The notes under the pieces are model-generated. The model saw only the letters and a program-made list of their open reading frames with translations. It was not told the DNA's origin and did not search any database. A stretch of 64,000 nt of DNA, from contig NC_043018.1 of NCBI RefSeq assembly GCF_006345805.1, positions 14,632,001 to 14,696,000 of the forward strand, written 5' to 3'. This DNA is from Octopus sinensis. Lineage: Eukaryota. Below, one piece after another: positions 46,985-60,710 of the stretch (its first letter is position 1; every line of letters begins with the position of its first letter). The translations under genes were made by a program, and so were the position numbers.

Positions 46985-47304
46985 AATTAGAAAAAACCCC
47001 ACCTTTTATCAATTCAAAATGAACAATTAAATTACACCATATAGAAAATTACATATAATAGAAAAGTTAAAATTAAAATAACAATAAAATGTAAAGATTA
47101 AGTAAGTTGCTAAAATAATAATAAAAATGTATATAATAGGTTTTTCTACCTATTATATACGTTTTTATTATTATTTTTGCAACTTACTAAATTTTTACAT
47201 TTTATTGTTATTTTAATTTTAACTTTTCTATTATATGTAATTTTCTATATGGTGTAATTTAATTGTTCATTTTGAATTGATAAAACGTGGGTTTTTTTCC
47301 AATT
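46985..47304. repeat. ~320-bp AT-rich imperfect palindrome
   Basis: AATTAGAAAAAACCCCAC... / ...GTGGGTTTTTTTCCAATT, centred on AATAGGTTTTTCTACCTATT. Confidence 0.85.
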
Positions 47305-47474
47305 CGATGCTTCCTAGGGCTATACAGCGGTGGTGTACCCCCTACTGTCACGTTCTTGTTAGATTGACAGTATACAACCATTCTATATATATATTATATT
47401 GTGTGAAATTTGATTTAATATTTCTAAATTGAATTTTTTCCTCGTAAGTTTGGATTTTATTCCCTCAAATAATA

Positions 47475-47598
<124 letters not shown>

Positions 47599-48049
47599 GC
47601 ATATATATATACATATATATACACATATATATCTTATTTATATTATTATTTGATTGAAGGCTACGCATTCATTTCAAAATAATTTTATCTTCATCTTTTT
47701 AATACGACTCTATACTGTTTTCTCCCTCATCGTTTTCTCTTATCTTTTCTCTTATTCCCTTTTTTGTCCCCTTCACCGTTTTCTGTCTCTCTCACTCTCT
47801 CTCTCTCTCCCATTTTCTCCTTTACTCTCTCGTTGCTCACACGTGACCATCGTCCATCTTTCTTTTCCTCGTGATCATCGTTATTTTCTTTCAGGACTGT
47901 CCTAAGGACTGGACGTATCCTATCTTTCTCTTCTATGTTTTCTCTTGTCAAAGAAAATATTTCTCCAGTGTTCGCTATTTTGCTCTCGTCATGGTCCAGT
48001 GTTCGCTATTTTGCTCTCGTCATGCTTGTTTTCGTTCGGTTTCCTTGTA

Positions 48050-48510
48050 TGCCTCCGCTGTCCTATTTTTGTTCCCAAGTTTGACACTCCATAAATCCCA
48101 AATTTTATTCTGGTGCTTATGGGAGCAACTGTCTTCGAAGACTCATATTATCGTTCAATGCTCGAATTGAGAAGTAGATAGACAGCCGACAACTGATTAG
48201 GGGTCGTTCTTTATGTTATTTGTCCTGTTTTCCATTTGTTTCTATCGTTGTTTGGGTATTGAACTCATCGGTTTTCGTATTGCATGTTGTTTACTGTTGG
48301 TGACGTCCTGTTCTCATATATGCATATGTATATGCATGTATATATATATATATGCATACATGGGAACAGGACGTGTCTACAGTAAACAACATGAAATACG
48401 AAGGCAAACCTGGGTATGCGAACAACGAGAGAAGAAAATGGAAAACAAGACAAGCAACACAAAGAACGACCCTTCATCAGTTGTCGGCTGTTTATCTACC
48501 CCACATTTGG
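48050..48510. mobile_element. Head-to-head inverted pair of family F (PLE-terminus-like) around a TA-rich spacer
   Basis: 48180-48312 is the reverse complement of 48360-48495 (GGACG..ACAGTAAACAACATG...CCCTTCATCAGTTGTCGGCTG). Confidence 0.75.
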
Positions 48511-48531
48511 AGCAATTCACGACAAGTTTAT

Positions 48532-48590
<59 letters not shown>

Positions 48591-48591
48591 G

Positions 48592-48660
<69 letters not shown>

Positions 48661-48760
48661 ATATATATACATATATACATTCATACATATACATATATAT
48701 ATATATACATATATATATACATACATATATATATATACATATATATACATATATATATAC

Positions 48761-48799
<39 letters not shown>

Positions 48800-49259
48800 T
48801 ATATATATATGTGTGTGTGGATATATATATATGTGTAACACCTATCAGTTTGCTTCTTTAAATGCACGCAACCCACCGTTTGAGCGTGTGCAATGTTTAT
48901 GCTCTTTCTCTGATTTCAATGATATATAAACTTGTTTGTGTAAGTGGCTCACTTTCACGCGCTTATCTTTGAAGTTGTCATTTATTTACCAAACAGCCTC
49001 ACTAGGTTTGCCATTAGGCATGATTCAATTGTTAAAACAACTGACTTTTCTTCTGTTGTTGTACGTCGATAAAATCAAATTATTTTTATCCTACAAGAAA
49101 CATTTAAATTAAGGGTATCAGATGAGATTGCCGTGTTAGTATTGTGTAAGAGAATATTCCTGCATTTACTTTTGTTGGTGGATCTGTACCCAGCCCCAAA
49201 GCACAAATCTGGAAAAGACTACAACAACAACAACAATAATAATAATGATAATAAAAACA

Positions 49260-50310
49260 ATGCCGAATTGGAAGGGCCCAGGACCAGATTTTATTTCAGG
49301 GGTTCTGGCTAAAGAAATTCTGTAGTGTACATGGGAGGTTGAGTGAACAACTCCAGGATTGCCTTAATGGAGGAATGATACCAGATTGGACGACTAGAGG
49401 GAGCACAATATACATTATGAAGGATAAGATCAAGGGTAATACAGCTAGCAACTCTAGACCAATCACTTGCTTATCATTAGTGTGGAAGCTATTAACAGGT
49501 ATGCTTTCAGAAAGCATTTACGAGCACCTTGACAACCAAAAGTTACTATCAGAAGAACAGAAATGTTGCAGGAGAAGGCTAGAGGAACGCAGGATCCATT
49601 ATACGTAGACAAAGCAGTTCTGAATGAAGTAAAAGCTAGAAATAAAAATCTAACCATAGCATGGATAGATTATAGGACAGTCTATGAATATGATTCCACA
49701 CCCATGGATAAGTGAATGTTTGAGTATATTCAGTATAGCAGACAACATAAGAGAATTAATTAGCTGTAGCATGAAGAAACGGAAAGTAGATCTCTACTCA
49801 GGTGACACACTCTTAGGGAAAGTAAATATCAAAAGAAGAATTTCGAAAGGGGACTCGTTGTCTCCTTTAATATTTATCTTATGTTTAATGTACCCCCCCA
49901 CACACAACCTACCAGTTTATTAAGGAAGGCAAATGCAGGGTATCAGTTCAGAAATAGTAATGGAAAAATTAACCATTTGCTCTACATGGATGAGCTGAAT
50001 ATTTTAGTAAAAATGAAAAAGAGGTAGATTTTTTAATATAGAGTGTAAGACTCTTCAGCAAAGATATAGGCATGGAATTTGGCATAGATAAGTGTGCAAT
50101 ATTAGTCATGACAAGGGAACATGTAGTCAACAGCGAAGGCAACCGATTACCAGATGGTCAGACATTAAAATCATTGAAAGGAGGAGAGAGTTATAGGTAT
50201 CAAAGAGTATTAGAATCTGACAGAGTATTAACTACAGAAATGAAAACGAAAATTGAGGAGTACATCAGAAAAGTGAGGAAGCTAATGAAGTCAAAGCTAA
50301 ATGGTCGGAA
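49260..50310 (+). pseudogene. R4/Dong-like LINE RT-domain fragment
   Basis: PNWKGPGPD..GFWLKKF...SRPITCLSLVWKLLTG...EQKCCRRR...AWIDY...IPHPWI...KGDSLSPLIFIL...INHLLYMDEL...MEFGIDKCA, with frameshifts. Confidence 0.85.
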
Positions 50311-51432
50311 TCTAGAATTTTCTGGACCGAAGGTCTTCCGCTTTAAATGACTTTGGGGTTTTTGTCGACGCTCAAGAATTCTTAGAGAGCATCGTCTCTC
50401 ATGTCCACAAATAATTCTCTATGGGATGCATGCGTGGGCGTTTCCATGGACTGAATCGCCAGACAAAAGAGAAATAGGAATGCCTGATAATATTCCCAAT
50501 TCCAAATGTTCAATCTTGGTCTGCGATTGACTCGGGTTACAACTCTATCAGACTGTCGAACTGCGAGATAGTCCCTTCTCAAACGGTGACCTCATCTGCT
50601 CATTGTTTAGGAAATATCTCTGTTCGTTTCGGCATTGAATATCTAATCATTCAATCAACGAATTACCTCCTTCCTCAGTATAAATGGCTAAGTATTCACA
50701 GATACAGGTACCATTAACGTATATCACGGGTGGAACTCGTAGGAGTCTTGTGTGTGTGACAACAGTTTCAATCTACTGAGTTGGCTTTCACTCCGTTTCC
50801 ACCCACCCACTTCCACTCACAACGCTTATGTCTACCCCAGGCTGTGCTAAAAGACATCCAAGATGCTACACAGTGGAACGGAACTCGAGATCGCGTGATT
50901 GCGATGCGAACGCCTTTGCCATTCAGCCATGCTGCATTCATAAACAACCAAATACTGCAACACAATAGTGTTTACTGTTCAATCGATTCTTACTTAGTTT
51001 AGGTGGAGAAGTGCATAACCTAATACATTGTCCTGTTGTTGACTGGTATTTTATTTTCTCGACCAAAGATGGTTGAAAGCTGAAACCGACTTCGGCCTGA
51101 TTTGAACTCAGAATGTCAAGTAGCAAAACAAGGCGAATCATTTCTGCCGCCAGTCATCGCTTTATGGAATATGTCACTGAGTTAATTGAAATATTGCCAT
51201 GAGAAATGTAAGACGAGGAAGGAGAAGAAATCGTGAGAGGAGGAAACGAGGGCAAACAAGGACAAGAGATGACCAAATGACCAATGTGAGGGCTGAAGAA
51301 AAAGAAAGGAAATCTTACGGAAGGAAAAGAAAAGGTCAGAATTAGTAATGAAAAGTAGAGCAAGGTTGGTTGGCGGGTGAAGGAGATGATGGGAATTGCT
51401 GTTAGAGATTGTCGCTTTGAGAGTTGGGGGAG

Positions 51433-51475
<43 letters not shown>

Positions 51476-51624
51476 GAGGAGAAAGAATCAGAAGCAAAGC
51501 CAAAGGATTAACGAGTTAGTGAATGAGGACAAGAACTGTAATATATATATATATATGGGGGCGGGTATATACGCATAGATATATAGGTGTGTCCGTGTGT
51601 CTGTGTGTGTGTTTGTGTATTCTT

Positions 51625-51985
51625 TCATTCCTTTATTCTTTTACTTGTTTCAGTCATTTGACTGCGGTCATGCTGGAGCACTACCTTGAATCTTTTTTTA
51701 GTCGAATGAATCGACCCCAGTACTTGTTTTTGTTTTAAAGCCTGGTACTTATACTATCGGTCTCCTTTGCCAAACCGCTAGGTTACGGGGACGTAAACAC
51801 ACAACACCGGTTGTCAAGCAGTGGTGGTGGTGGTGGTGGTGGAGAGGGACAAATACAAACCCAAAGACACACATAAATATGTACACACACACACACATAT
51901 ATACATATATATATAAGTCCTGGGGTCGATTTGCTCCAGCATGACCGTAGTCAACTGACTGAAACAAGTAAAAGAGTAAAGAGTA
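51625..51985. mobile_element. Two SINE-B 3' ends in inverted orientation (51625-51870 minus, 51915-51985 plus)
   Basis: TTTTACTTGTTTCAGTCATTTGACTGCGGTCATGCTGGAGC ... GCTCCAGCATGACCGTAGTCAACTGACTGAAACAAGTAAAAG. Confidence 0.8.
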
Positions 51986-52006
51986 CGAGTATATATATAT
52001 ATATAT

Positions 52007-52645
52007 ACTAGCAGTATCGCCCAGCGTTGCTCGGGTTTGTAAGGGAAATAACTATATAAGCATTTTTAGAGAGTTATAGCCAAAAAATAGCAAAAAATGC
52101 ATTAAAAATAGAAAAAATATGATGGTAATTTTTTTTAAAAATCGTTGACTCATCGTAGACATTTTTAGAGAGTTACTTCCCTTATATAATAGCGAAAAAA
52201 TGCATTAAAATGGAAAAAAAACGATGGTAAATTTTTTTTTAAATCGTAGACTCATGTAGACGCTTTCTTAGCCATTTCTGTTTTGGTGTCTTCAAGCCAT
52301 GAAGTCGTTGTTCTAAAAGAACACTGGTCTCCTTGACAACGCATTACGACGTTGATTTCCTTACACTCCCTTCCCCACAGGTGCAGGTGTGAGCGTGGAC
52401 GCCAACTCCGCCGCCATCGACACACGAAAAATTATGCATTAAAATGGAATAAAAAATGATGTTAAATTATTTTTAAAATCGTAGACTCATCGTAGACGCG
52501 CGCTAATATTCAGACGGGCTCGATATTAATCACGACTATAAGCTACCCGAATTTGGTTAAACTGTACCGCAAAATGTGGGAGTAGTTAGGAATCTAAATC
52601 GAAGGGGACAGACACTCACACAACTACAGTTTTATATATATAGAT
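52007..52645 (+). mobile_element. Lep1/HINE-like Helitron-family element, longer form of 6420-6800
   Basis: Same termini as 6420-6800, with an extra ~245-bp internal segment. Confidence 0.65.
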
Positions 52646-52689
52646 ATACATAGCGCAGTAGTGGTGAGATATGACAGCAAAGAAAAGCA

Positions 52690-53030
52690 TACATTCACTC
52701 TCTGCATGCAATTAGACTCGGAAAGTTCGTGAGGAACCCATTGACCCAATTTGCTGACTTTCCGATAGCACACAGGTGTCAATGAATGGTTGAATGACCA
52801 AATCCAAGCTTCTCTGCTAGTTCCTCAACAGTTACGATGATATTTTGTTCCACCAGGGTTTTCAGGATGTCCTTGTCGAGTTCTACAGATCTTTCAGGAT
52901 GAGGCTCGTCTTCTAGGCTGTAGTTTATGGCTCGGGATTTCTGGAACCACCATTGACACTGCCTTACGCTTATTGTCCAATCCCCATATACTGCATTAAT
53001 ATTTCTTGTACTTTGCACACATTTATATTC
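52690..53030 (-). pseudogene. Mariner transposase N-terminal (HTH) fragment
   Basis: TRNINAVYGDWTISVRQCQWWFQK...SLEDEPHPERSVELDKD...TVEELAEKLG, then GKVSKLGQWVPHELS. Confidence 0.85.
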
Positions 53031-53327
53031 TGTTATTCTTTTATATGTTTCAGCCTTGAGGTTGTGGCCATGCTGGATCATGTGTGTGTGTGTGTCTATC
53101 TGTCTGTCTGTCTGTATGTATATATGTATATGTATGTGTGTGAACAATAATATTTTCAACAGATGTGTTGCAAATGTATCTGATTGTTCTCAAGCTTCAA
53201 TACTGTGTGTGTGTGTATGTGTGTGTGTGTATGTATGTATGTATATGTATGTATGTATGTATGTATATGTATGTATGTATGTATGTGTGTATGTATGTAT
53301 GTGTGTGTGTATGTATGTGTGTGTGTA

Positions 53328-53358
<31 letters not shown>

Positions 53359-53792
53359 ATGTATGTATGTATGAGTGTATGTTTACTTTATTACTAATTA
53401 CTCTCTTCCAAGAACATTTTCACTCACTCTTAGCTCTTAGCTTCCCATACATTTTACTCATGTATCTATCAGCGTCATAGACAGAATACTTTCACTTTAG
53501 TCTTCCTCAAATCACTCTGTCGCTATTTACTTTCATTTTATTCGTTGCCCACTGTGTGTGTGCGTTTGCGTGTGGTGTAAACCAGACTAAGAAAAGTATT
53601 TGACACACACACCAGAATGTGAGTTTTCTGTAAATTTTGCTTAATTGGACTTTAAATTTTAAAAACTGGACCTGGCATGACGCGATGCATTGTACTCTTA
53701 AAACTGCTAGGTAAATTGTAATTGAAGAAATCCTATATTGTAGATTTCTATAACTCCCAAGGGGAGGCAGATAAAATCTGCCTTTTAAAATA

Positions 53793-53843
<51 letters not shown>

Positions 53844-53844
53844 A

Positions 53845-54010
53845 GACAAGCTTCTTTCAGTTCCTGTCTACCAAATCCACTAGGAAATGCTTTGGTCGGC
53901 CTGAGGCTATAGTAGAAGATTCCTGCGCAAGGTGCGACACAGTGGGACTGAACCTGGAACCATGTAGTTGGGGTGTAAGTTTCTAACCACACAGCTATGC
54001 CTGCGCCTCG
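53845..54010 (-). mobile_element. SINE family B, 5' half
   Basis: Reverse complement GGCGCAGGCATAGCTGTGTGGTTAGAAAC...GGTTCAGTCCCACTG. Confidence 0.85.
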
Positions 54011-54143
54011 TGTATGTATATATATTTATACATTATATATATCATACATGTATAAATACACACACACACACATGCATACACACACTCACATACACTTACA
54101 CACACACATGCACATGCACATACACATACACTCACACACACAT

Positions 54144-54523
54144 AGGAAGGATGGAAGCACTCCGTCGGTTGCGACGACGAGGGTTCCGGTTGATCCGAAT
54201 CAACGGAACAGCCTGCTCGTGAAATTAACGTGTAAGTGGCTGAGCACTCCACAGACACGTGTACCCTTAACGTAGTTCTCGGGGACACAGAGAGTGACAA
54301 GGCCGGCCCTTTGAAGTACAGGTACAACAGAAACAGGAAGTAAGAGTGAGAGAAAGTTGTGGCGAAAGAGTACAGCAGGGATCACCACCATCCCCTGCCG
54401 GAGCCTCATGGAGCTTTAGGTGTTTTCGCTCAATAAACACTCACAACGCCCGGTCTGGGAATCGAAACCGCGATCCTGTGACCGCGAGTCCGCTGCCTAA
54501 CCACTGGGCCATTGCGCCTCCAC
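54144..54523 (-). mobile_element. SINE family A, apparently full length (~380 bp)
   Basis: Head GTGGAGGCGCAATGGCCCAGTGG at the right end, continuous to ...CGGAGTGCTTCCATCC. Confidence 0.88.
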
Positions 54524-54672
54524 ACACACATATATACACACCACACACAAACTAAGAATCACCAGTAGAACGAAAGAGAGTCGGCTCAAAGATGGATGGT
54601 TTACTAGATAGATAGCTAAGCAAGTGTTGCACAAAATTCAAGCAACATTTTAAAAACATGTTTATAGATAAC

Positions 54673-54932
54673 ATGGAGGTGCGTGGCTTAGTGGTTAGGG
54701 TGTCAGCATCATGATCGTAAGATTGTGGTTTCGATTCCTGGACTGGGCGACACGCTGTGTTCTTGAGTGAAACACCTCATTTCACGTTGCTCCAGTCCAC
54801 TCAGCTGGTAAAAATGAGTAATGCTGCGATGGACTGGCGTCTCGTCCAGCTAGGGAACACATACGCCATTGAAACGGGGAAACCGGGCCCATGAGCCTGG
54901 CTAGGCTTTAAAAGGGCGCATTTATTATTATT
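54673..54932 (+). mobile_element. SINE family D, full length with an (ATT)n tail
   Basis: ATGGAGGTGCGTGGCTTAGTGGTTAGGG...CORE-like segment...CTGCGATGGACTGGCGTC...GCATTTATTATTATT. Confidence 0.85.
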
Positions 54933-55039
54933 ATAGATAAAATAGAGTAGATCGACTTTTGAAGAAAAACAACTTCAATTTATACAACTGTTGAATGATT
55001 TCTAGTAGAATCTTAAGCAATTTTTCCATCAACATCCCC

Positions 55040-55385
55040 GTCAACTCTACGACTGATGGTGGCAGGAGAAATTTCTTTTTCATTCGTTGTTCCAATATTC
55101 GAATAAAAAAGCTCACTTAAGGGTCTGGTCTTTATACCGTTAAACTATATGTTTAAAGGGATAGCTCTTCCTAGGTCTACCTAAATAAGTCTTCCTAAAT
55201 AACCAAAGATACCCTGGAAGTGGTTCTTCCAATGCCACAACAGGACTGAATTGATACCAATTCATTGCTAGCGAAATCTCTGCGTTCTCACTGTGGTGCG
55301 TCAATGTTAGGATCAGGTCGCAACGGTTCTGTGTACGTGACTCTGACTCCCGAAGTATATAATCTTCTTCCATTATTCTGCTAGC
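55040..55385 (-). pseudogene. Possible highly decayed PLE GIY-YIG remnant
   Basis: EEDYILRESES...SLAMNW...LEEPLPGY...KH...RMKKKFLL loosely follows the pattern of 26212-26556. Confidence 0.4.
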
Positions 55386-56131
55386 CATTCTCTCTTTCCT
55401 TTCGTTTCACAATATTCTAACGACACAACAGATTTAAGAAATGAACAAAAAAAAAAAGGGGAAGAAAGAAAAATGCAAAACATGCAAAAATGTCGAATTC
55501 CCTTCTTATTACTTTTTGGGGGTGATAAAAAAGTTTGCCCCAAATCTGCGACTTGGACTCTGATACAGTTCCATTGCAACTTGGACAGTCCTTGTGGGTC
55601 TTAAAATGACAAAAAATGGCTCGTCCATGCTGTGCCATTGACACACTGGGCAGTTGATGGGGTTTGGGCGCTCACAGGTTTAGGGGCCTAATTCTCATCT
55701 ATGTATGGTGTGATTTGCTGTCAATAAATAATTACCATAGAGCCTAGTGCATTGTAGGGAGTTGGGATGGGGCTATACTGCGTTTTAAGACTACCCGACT
55801 TCCACGACGTAATCGTTCCGTTAATCCTTCAGTCTCCATCTATATTTAATTAGTAGAATGATATTCTATGATATTTCAAAAATATGTGTGTGTTGTGTGT
55901 GTGTGTGTGTGTGTGTGTGGATAAATATATAATTATATATCAATTACATCGTAACACTGCACTAATTTCACTTTAATAATAGTGCAGGAAGGGGTCAAGA
56001 AATGATCCACCAACCGGGAGGACAGTTGATATATTTGCTGTTTAACAAGGGATTTAAATGAAGGTGCAATGAATGATCTGCCAGGATCTGGTCAGCCCAT
56101 TGCTGTCAGGACAGAAGAAACGTAATTCTCC

Positions 56132-56375
56132 AAGGCAGCGAGCTGGCAGAATCGTTAGCACGTCGGGCGAAACGCTTAGCAGTATTTCGTCTGCCGTTAC
56201 GTTCTGAGTTCAAATTCCGCCGCGGTCGACTTTGCCTTTCATCCTTTCGGGGTCGGTTAAATAAGTACCAGTTACACACTGGGGTCGATGTAATCGGCTT
56301 AATCTCTTTGTCTGTCCTTGTTTGTCCCCTCTATGTTTAGCCCCTTGTGGGCAATAAAGAAATAAGAAACATAAT
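56132..56375 (+). mobile_element. SINE family C, full length (GCCCCTTGTGGG-tail variant)
   Basis: AGGCAGCGAGCTGGCAGAATCGTTAGCACG...GAGTTCAAATTCCG...GCCCCTTGTGGGCAATAAAGAAATAAG. Confidence 0.9.
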
Positions 56376-57117
56376 TCTCCAAAATTTCACGCTATTCTAA
56401 TCGATGAATCACTTCTTCTGCCAATGTTAGATATCGATTTCAGGTTTATTAAACGAAATTATTCTTCGGAAACAACTTTGTCAAGTAGATACACATACAG
56501 CATTAATATTCAAGTCAGTGATTGGGAGATCAGCAATAATGCGAGTCTTAATTACATATCATTAGAGAATTTCGGGTAATTAAATCATAAAGTGATAAAG
56601 AAACTGTATTTATCGGGAGCAGATCCCTTACGTTCAGAATATTTGAATATATTCATTGGGAGCACACTGCAGTTACTGTTCCTATTCCTTTATGCGCTGC
56701 CCTTATTGCCATGAGCTTGGAGTTTTCTAGTACAGTATATTAAATATTTTCTCACAACTCTTACAAACAAAAATTTAGATGTTTAAGAAAAAATTAAGAT
56801 TTATTACTGTATTTACAAGAAGGAATGTTTAAAAACGGGACCTTTAGGGCATTGCATCAGCATATAAAATTCTACACGCACATACATATTTAATAATGCA
56901 TATATTGCAAATATACAATGTATGAAGCTATAGTAGGTTTTATACTCACACAGACAGACCCACACATACAGATAGAGAAACATGCACACCAAAGAAGACG
57001 TAGACACACATATCTCTACGTATTCATGTAAGTATGAACGTGTTTGTAAGAATATATATATATGTGTGTGTGCGTGTGTGCGTGTGTGTATGTGTGTGTG
57101 TGTATGTATGTATATAC

Positions 57118-57148
<31 letters not shown>

Positions 57149-57729
57149 TGTATATATCGTTTTTCTATTTGGTTTGCAAGATTCTTTATGTGAATTCGTG
57201 TGTTGAAGCATATTTTATTGTGCCTGGGAAGAGTCATTCTCTTTTAGTGCCTTATTATTTAACACATTCGCCGCTTCGATTTTTACTCATTTACTTATTC
57301 CTCTTTTTCTAAAATTTTCGTTGCGTCTTGCAACCTTTTCAATATTCGTCGACCCTAACCCGTTATCAGAGCTGCGTTCTGTTTGTGCGCATGTGTGTGC
57401 GTCAGTGTGCATGTCTATACATATATGTATGTATGAATGTATGTATGTACGTATGAATGTATGTATATCTGTATGTATGTATGTATAAATGTATGTTTGT
57501 ATGTGTGTATGTATGTATGTGTATGCATGTATGTGTGTATGCAGGTGTACGCATGTATGTGTGTATGCATATATATATGTATGTGTACATATATATATGC
57601 ATACACACATATACAGGCATACACATACATATATACATACAAACATACATACATACATATATATATATATTATGTATGTATGTTATGTATATATATATAT
57701 ATATTATTATATATATATATTATGTATAT

Positions 57730-57829
57730 NNNNNNNNNNNNNNNNNNNNNNNNNNNNNNNNNNNNNNNNNNNNNNNNNNNNNNNNNNNNNNNNNNNNNNN
57801 NNNNNNNNNNNNNNNNNNNNNNNNNNNNN
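57730..57829. other. Assembly gap (100 N) within a microsatellite
   Basis: Run of N. Confidence 1.
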
Positions 57830-59087
57830 ACACAGACGCACTGAACTAGAGTAAATGGACCGGTAATTAACCGAGATTATCTATGCAGTTAGCAGACAAA
57901 AATCTCCTTCAACGTAGATTTATAACTTTAAAACAATAAGGGAGATAATTCCTATAAAATCAAACGACTTAGGTAATCTCTGTTAATCCAAGTTTTTCAA
58001 CTCACTATATTACCGTATTTTCATTTCCTCTGCAGATAATATCTCACATCGGTCATATTGTTCGTGTTCATCATTAGTGCTAATACATTCCTGTTATTTC
58101 TATATACGTTTCTCCTCATCCTGCCAACTGAAAAGAATATTCTTGGTTGAAGAGATCTAATAAAGCAGAAACATGGTTTTAAAATCCAGATCCACAGCAA
58201 TTGGCATCATATTCAGTTTCCGACAATTGCAACCGATTTTATTGCATTTTATTGGATGTTATTGAAATTAAACTGATTAAACCGATTATTGAGATTAAAC
58301 CGATTTTATTAGATTTTATTGAAATTAAAAAAAAAATATAAACGAAGGAGGTAACTCCTTTTTTTTAAAAAAAAATTTCAATCCCTCTAGACGGAGTCTT
58401 TCTCTACTGACTGCATGGTTTATCTCATTTCGACAATCAAAGTTGTTGGACAGAGATGCACTCAGTCGTGTTGACGTGGATAGATACTACCATCAATACA
58501 TACATACATACATACACATATAGATATATAATTAATATATATATATATATATATATAATATATATATAATATATATACACACATATAAATACTATATATA
58601 TATATATGTATATAAATACATATATATATATATACACACACACGCTTAGAAAAATATGTGAATGGCAAAGGTTAATGGTTTTGTAGCTCACAGGTTTTTT
58701 ACAGAGAATTTTGTGTTTGGTTGAAGCACTTGACTTTCCTCAGTGGTTTTTGAGATCTCTGCAAGCAGCGTGTCAGCTTGGCAGCACCAGTGCCAGCTTG
58801 ACGAGATACTTCATACTCGGTTCACTGGTTTGCAGTCCTCAATTCTCAGGTTGTGGGAATATACAACTTCTGGGGGAGAGATGAAGAGTGAGGGAGAGGG
58901 CGAATGAGAGAGAAAGTGAGTGAGGGGAAGCGAGAAGTAAGTCTCGGTTAAAGTTGATACAAAACTGTCCAAGGCGGTAGGTTCTACTCACCTAAAAATA
59001 GCTAAAAGAAGAAAAATGATCAGATACAGATTTCAAATTTTGGCACAGGGCAAGATGGAATGAGAACCCAGCTTCGAAACTTTCCCA

Positions 59088-59134
59088 AGACACCTGATGA
59101 AGGTTAGAGGGTAAATCAGCCGAAACGTTGTATT
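59088..59134 (+). ncRNA. Minimal type-I hammerhead motif with one stem-I mismatch
   Basis: GACAC-CTGATGA-A-GGTT...AGCC-GAAA-CGT-T-GTATT. Confidence 0.6.
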
Positions 59135-59440
59135 AACAACGAACAGGATGAGGAGAAATATCCGTCAAATGTAAATAATGTACATAATTCCTCATCTCTT
59201 ACATATACAACTATATACATACATATATACAAAAATACTCTGTCGATGTTGTTGAAATTCCAGTGGGTCTAGGTTACAGCCTGGTTCTTTCTCTATTGGC
59301 AAGAAATCTTAAAATAAAACTGAATAATGACATACACACACACTAGCAGATGGACACACACAAGCACACATACGAGTGTTTGTGTGTGTGTGTGAGAGTG
59401 CATGTATGTATGTATATATGTGTGTGTGTGAGTGTATGTT

Positions 59441-59496
<56 letters not shown>

Positions 59497-60399
59497 ATGT
59501 GTGTGTGTGTGTGTGTGTGTGTGTATACTTTTTGGCGTGGCGCTTGATTTCATAAATGTGACTGGGTTTTATGACTCTCAGAACCAGGTTTCAACTGTAG
59601 AAAGTATATGAATTCATGTAAAGCAGCCAAACGATTGTTTATTTGCCCCTTGGGACCCATGCTCCACTAATTTCCGCCGGACAAATATTTCTAGCTAACA
59701 TTTTAGTTTCTTAACTCATCATTTTTTAATATTTATCCGAAAAGGGTTGTATTAATCACACCACGCCCCCTGATACGAAGTGGGCGGCGTTGTTATTTGA
59801 AACCCCAAAAAACACGAAATCGTTTATTCTCTTGGCATAAATGAGCACAATACTAGAACCTTTGGGGTTGAGCTCAATCAATTAAATCAATCCAGTTCTT
59901 GATTGGTACTTTATTTTAATCGATCCTGATATGATGGAAAGCAAAGTTGATCTTAACAGGATTTGAACTCAGAACCTAAAGGTCTGGAGCAATTGCTCAA
60001 TTGCCTCTATAGTTAATGTTACAAGTTGAGTCCATGTCTCCCATAGTTACTTTCCCGCGCAAGTTTTACATATTGTTCTTGCTTATCACGAATTAATTCT
60101 GATCGAGTAACCTCATCAAATGCATTCCGGCCGTGACAATCCCTCCCCCTTTTTTTATGATTATGAAGGACTACATTATCTGATGTGTCCTGTCTTTATT
60201 TCGAAGGAAAGCGTGAGCTGAAGGAGATTTCATTGCTGATCGTGGAAGGTCACGTGATCCCATTATGAACCAAGCGTTGCCTCGCATGTTGCTGGTAATC
60301 AAAGCAATGAAATCCTGGATCAGTGTCATGGCACTTAGTGTGATTCATAGACTTGTGGATGACGTTCTAAGTTGTTATCAAATCCTCAAATATGATACT

Positions 60400-60557
60400 T
60401 TTTACTTGTCTCAGTCATGTGACTGCGGCCAACGCCTTTAGTCGAGAAAATCGACCCCAGGACTTATTCTTTGCAAGCCTAGTACTTATTCTATCGGTCA
60501 CACCAGCATCGGTTGTCAAGCGATGTTGGGGGGGGGGGGACAAACGCAGACACACGA

Positions 60558-60594
<37 letters not shown>

Positions 60595-60710
60595 CGACAG
60601 GCTTCTTTCAGTTTCCGTCTACCAAATCCACTCACAAGGCTTTGGTTTTCCCGAGGCTAGAGTAGAAGACACTTGCCCAAGATGCCACGCAGTGGAACTG
60701 AACCATGTCG
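60400..60710 (-). mobile_element. SINE family B with internal deletions
   Basis: TTTTACTTGTCTCAGTCATGTGACTGCGG...GCCACGCAGTGGAACTGAACC. Confidence 0.8.

Noticed and set aside
58690-58872. Minus-strand exon after the polypyrimidine-CCCCAG at ~58873
   Set aside because: All three frames contain stops, and the pyrimidine tract is just a (GA)-rich low-complexity patch.
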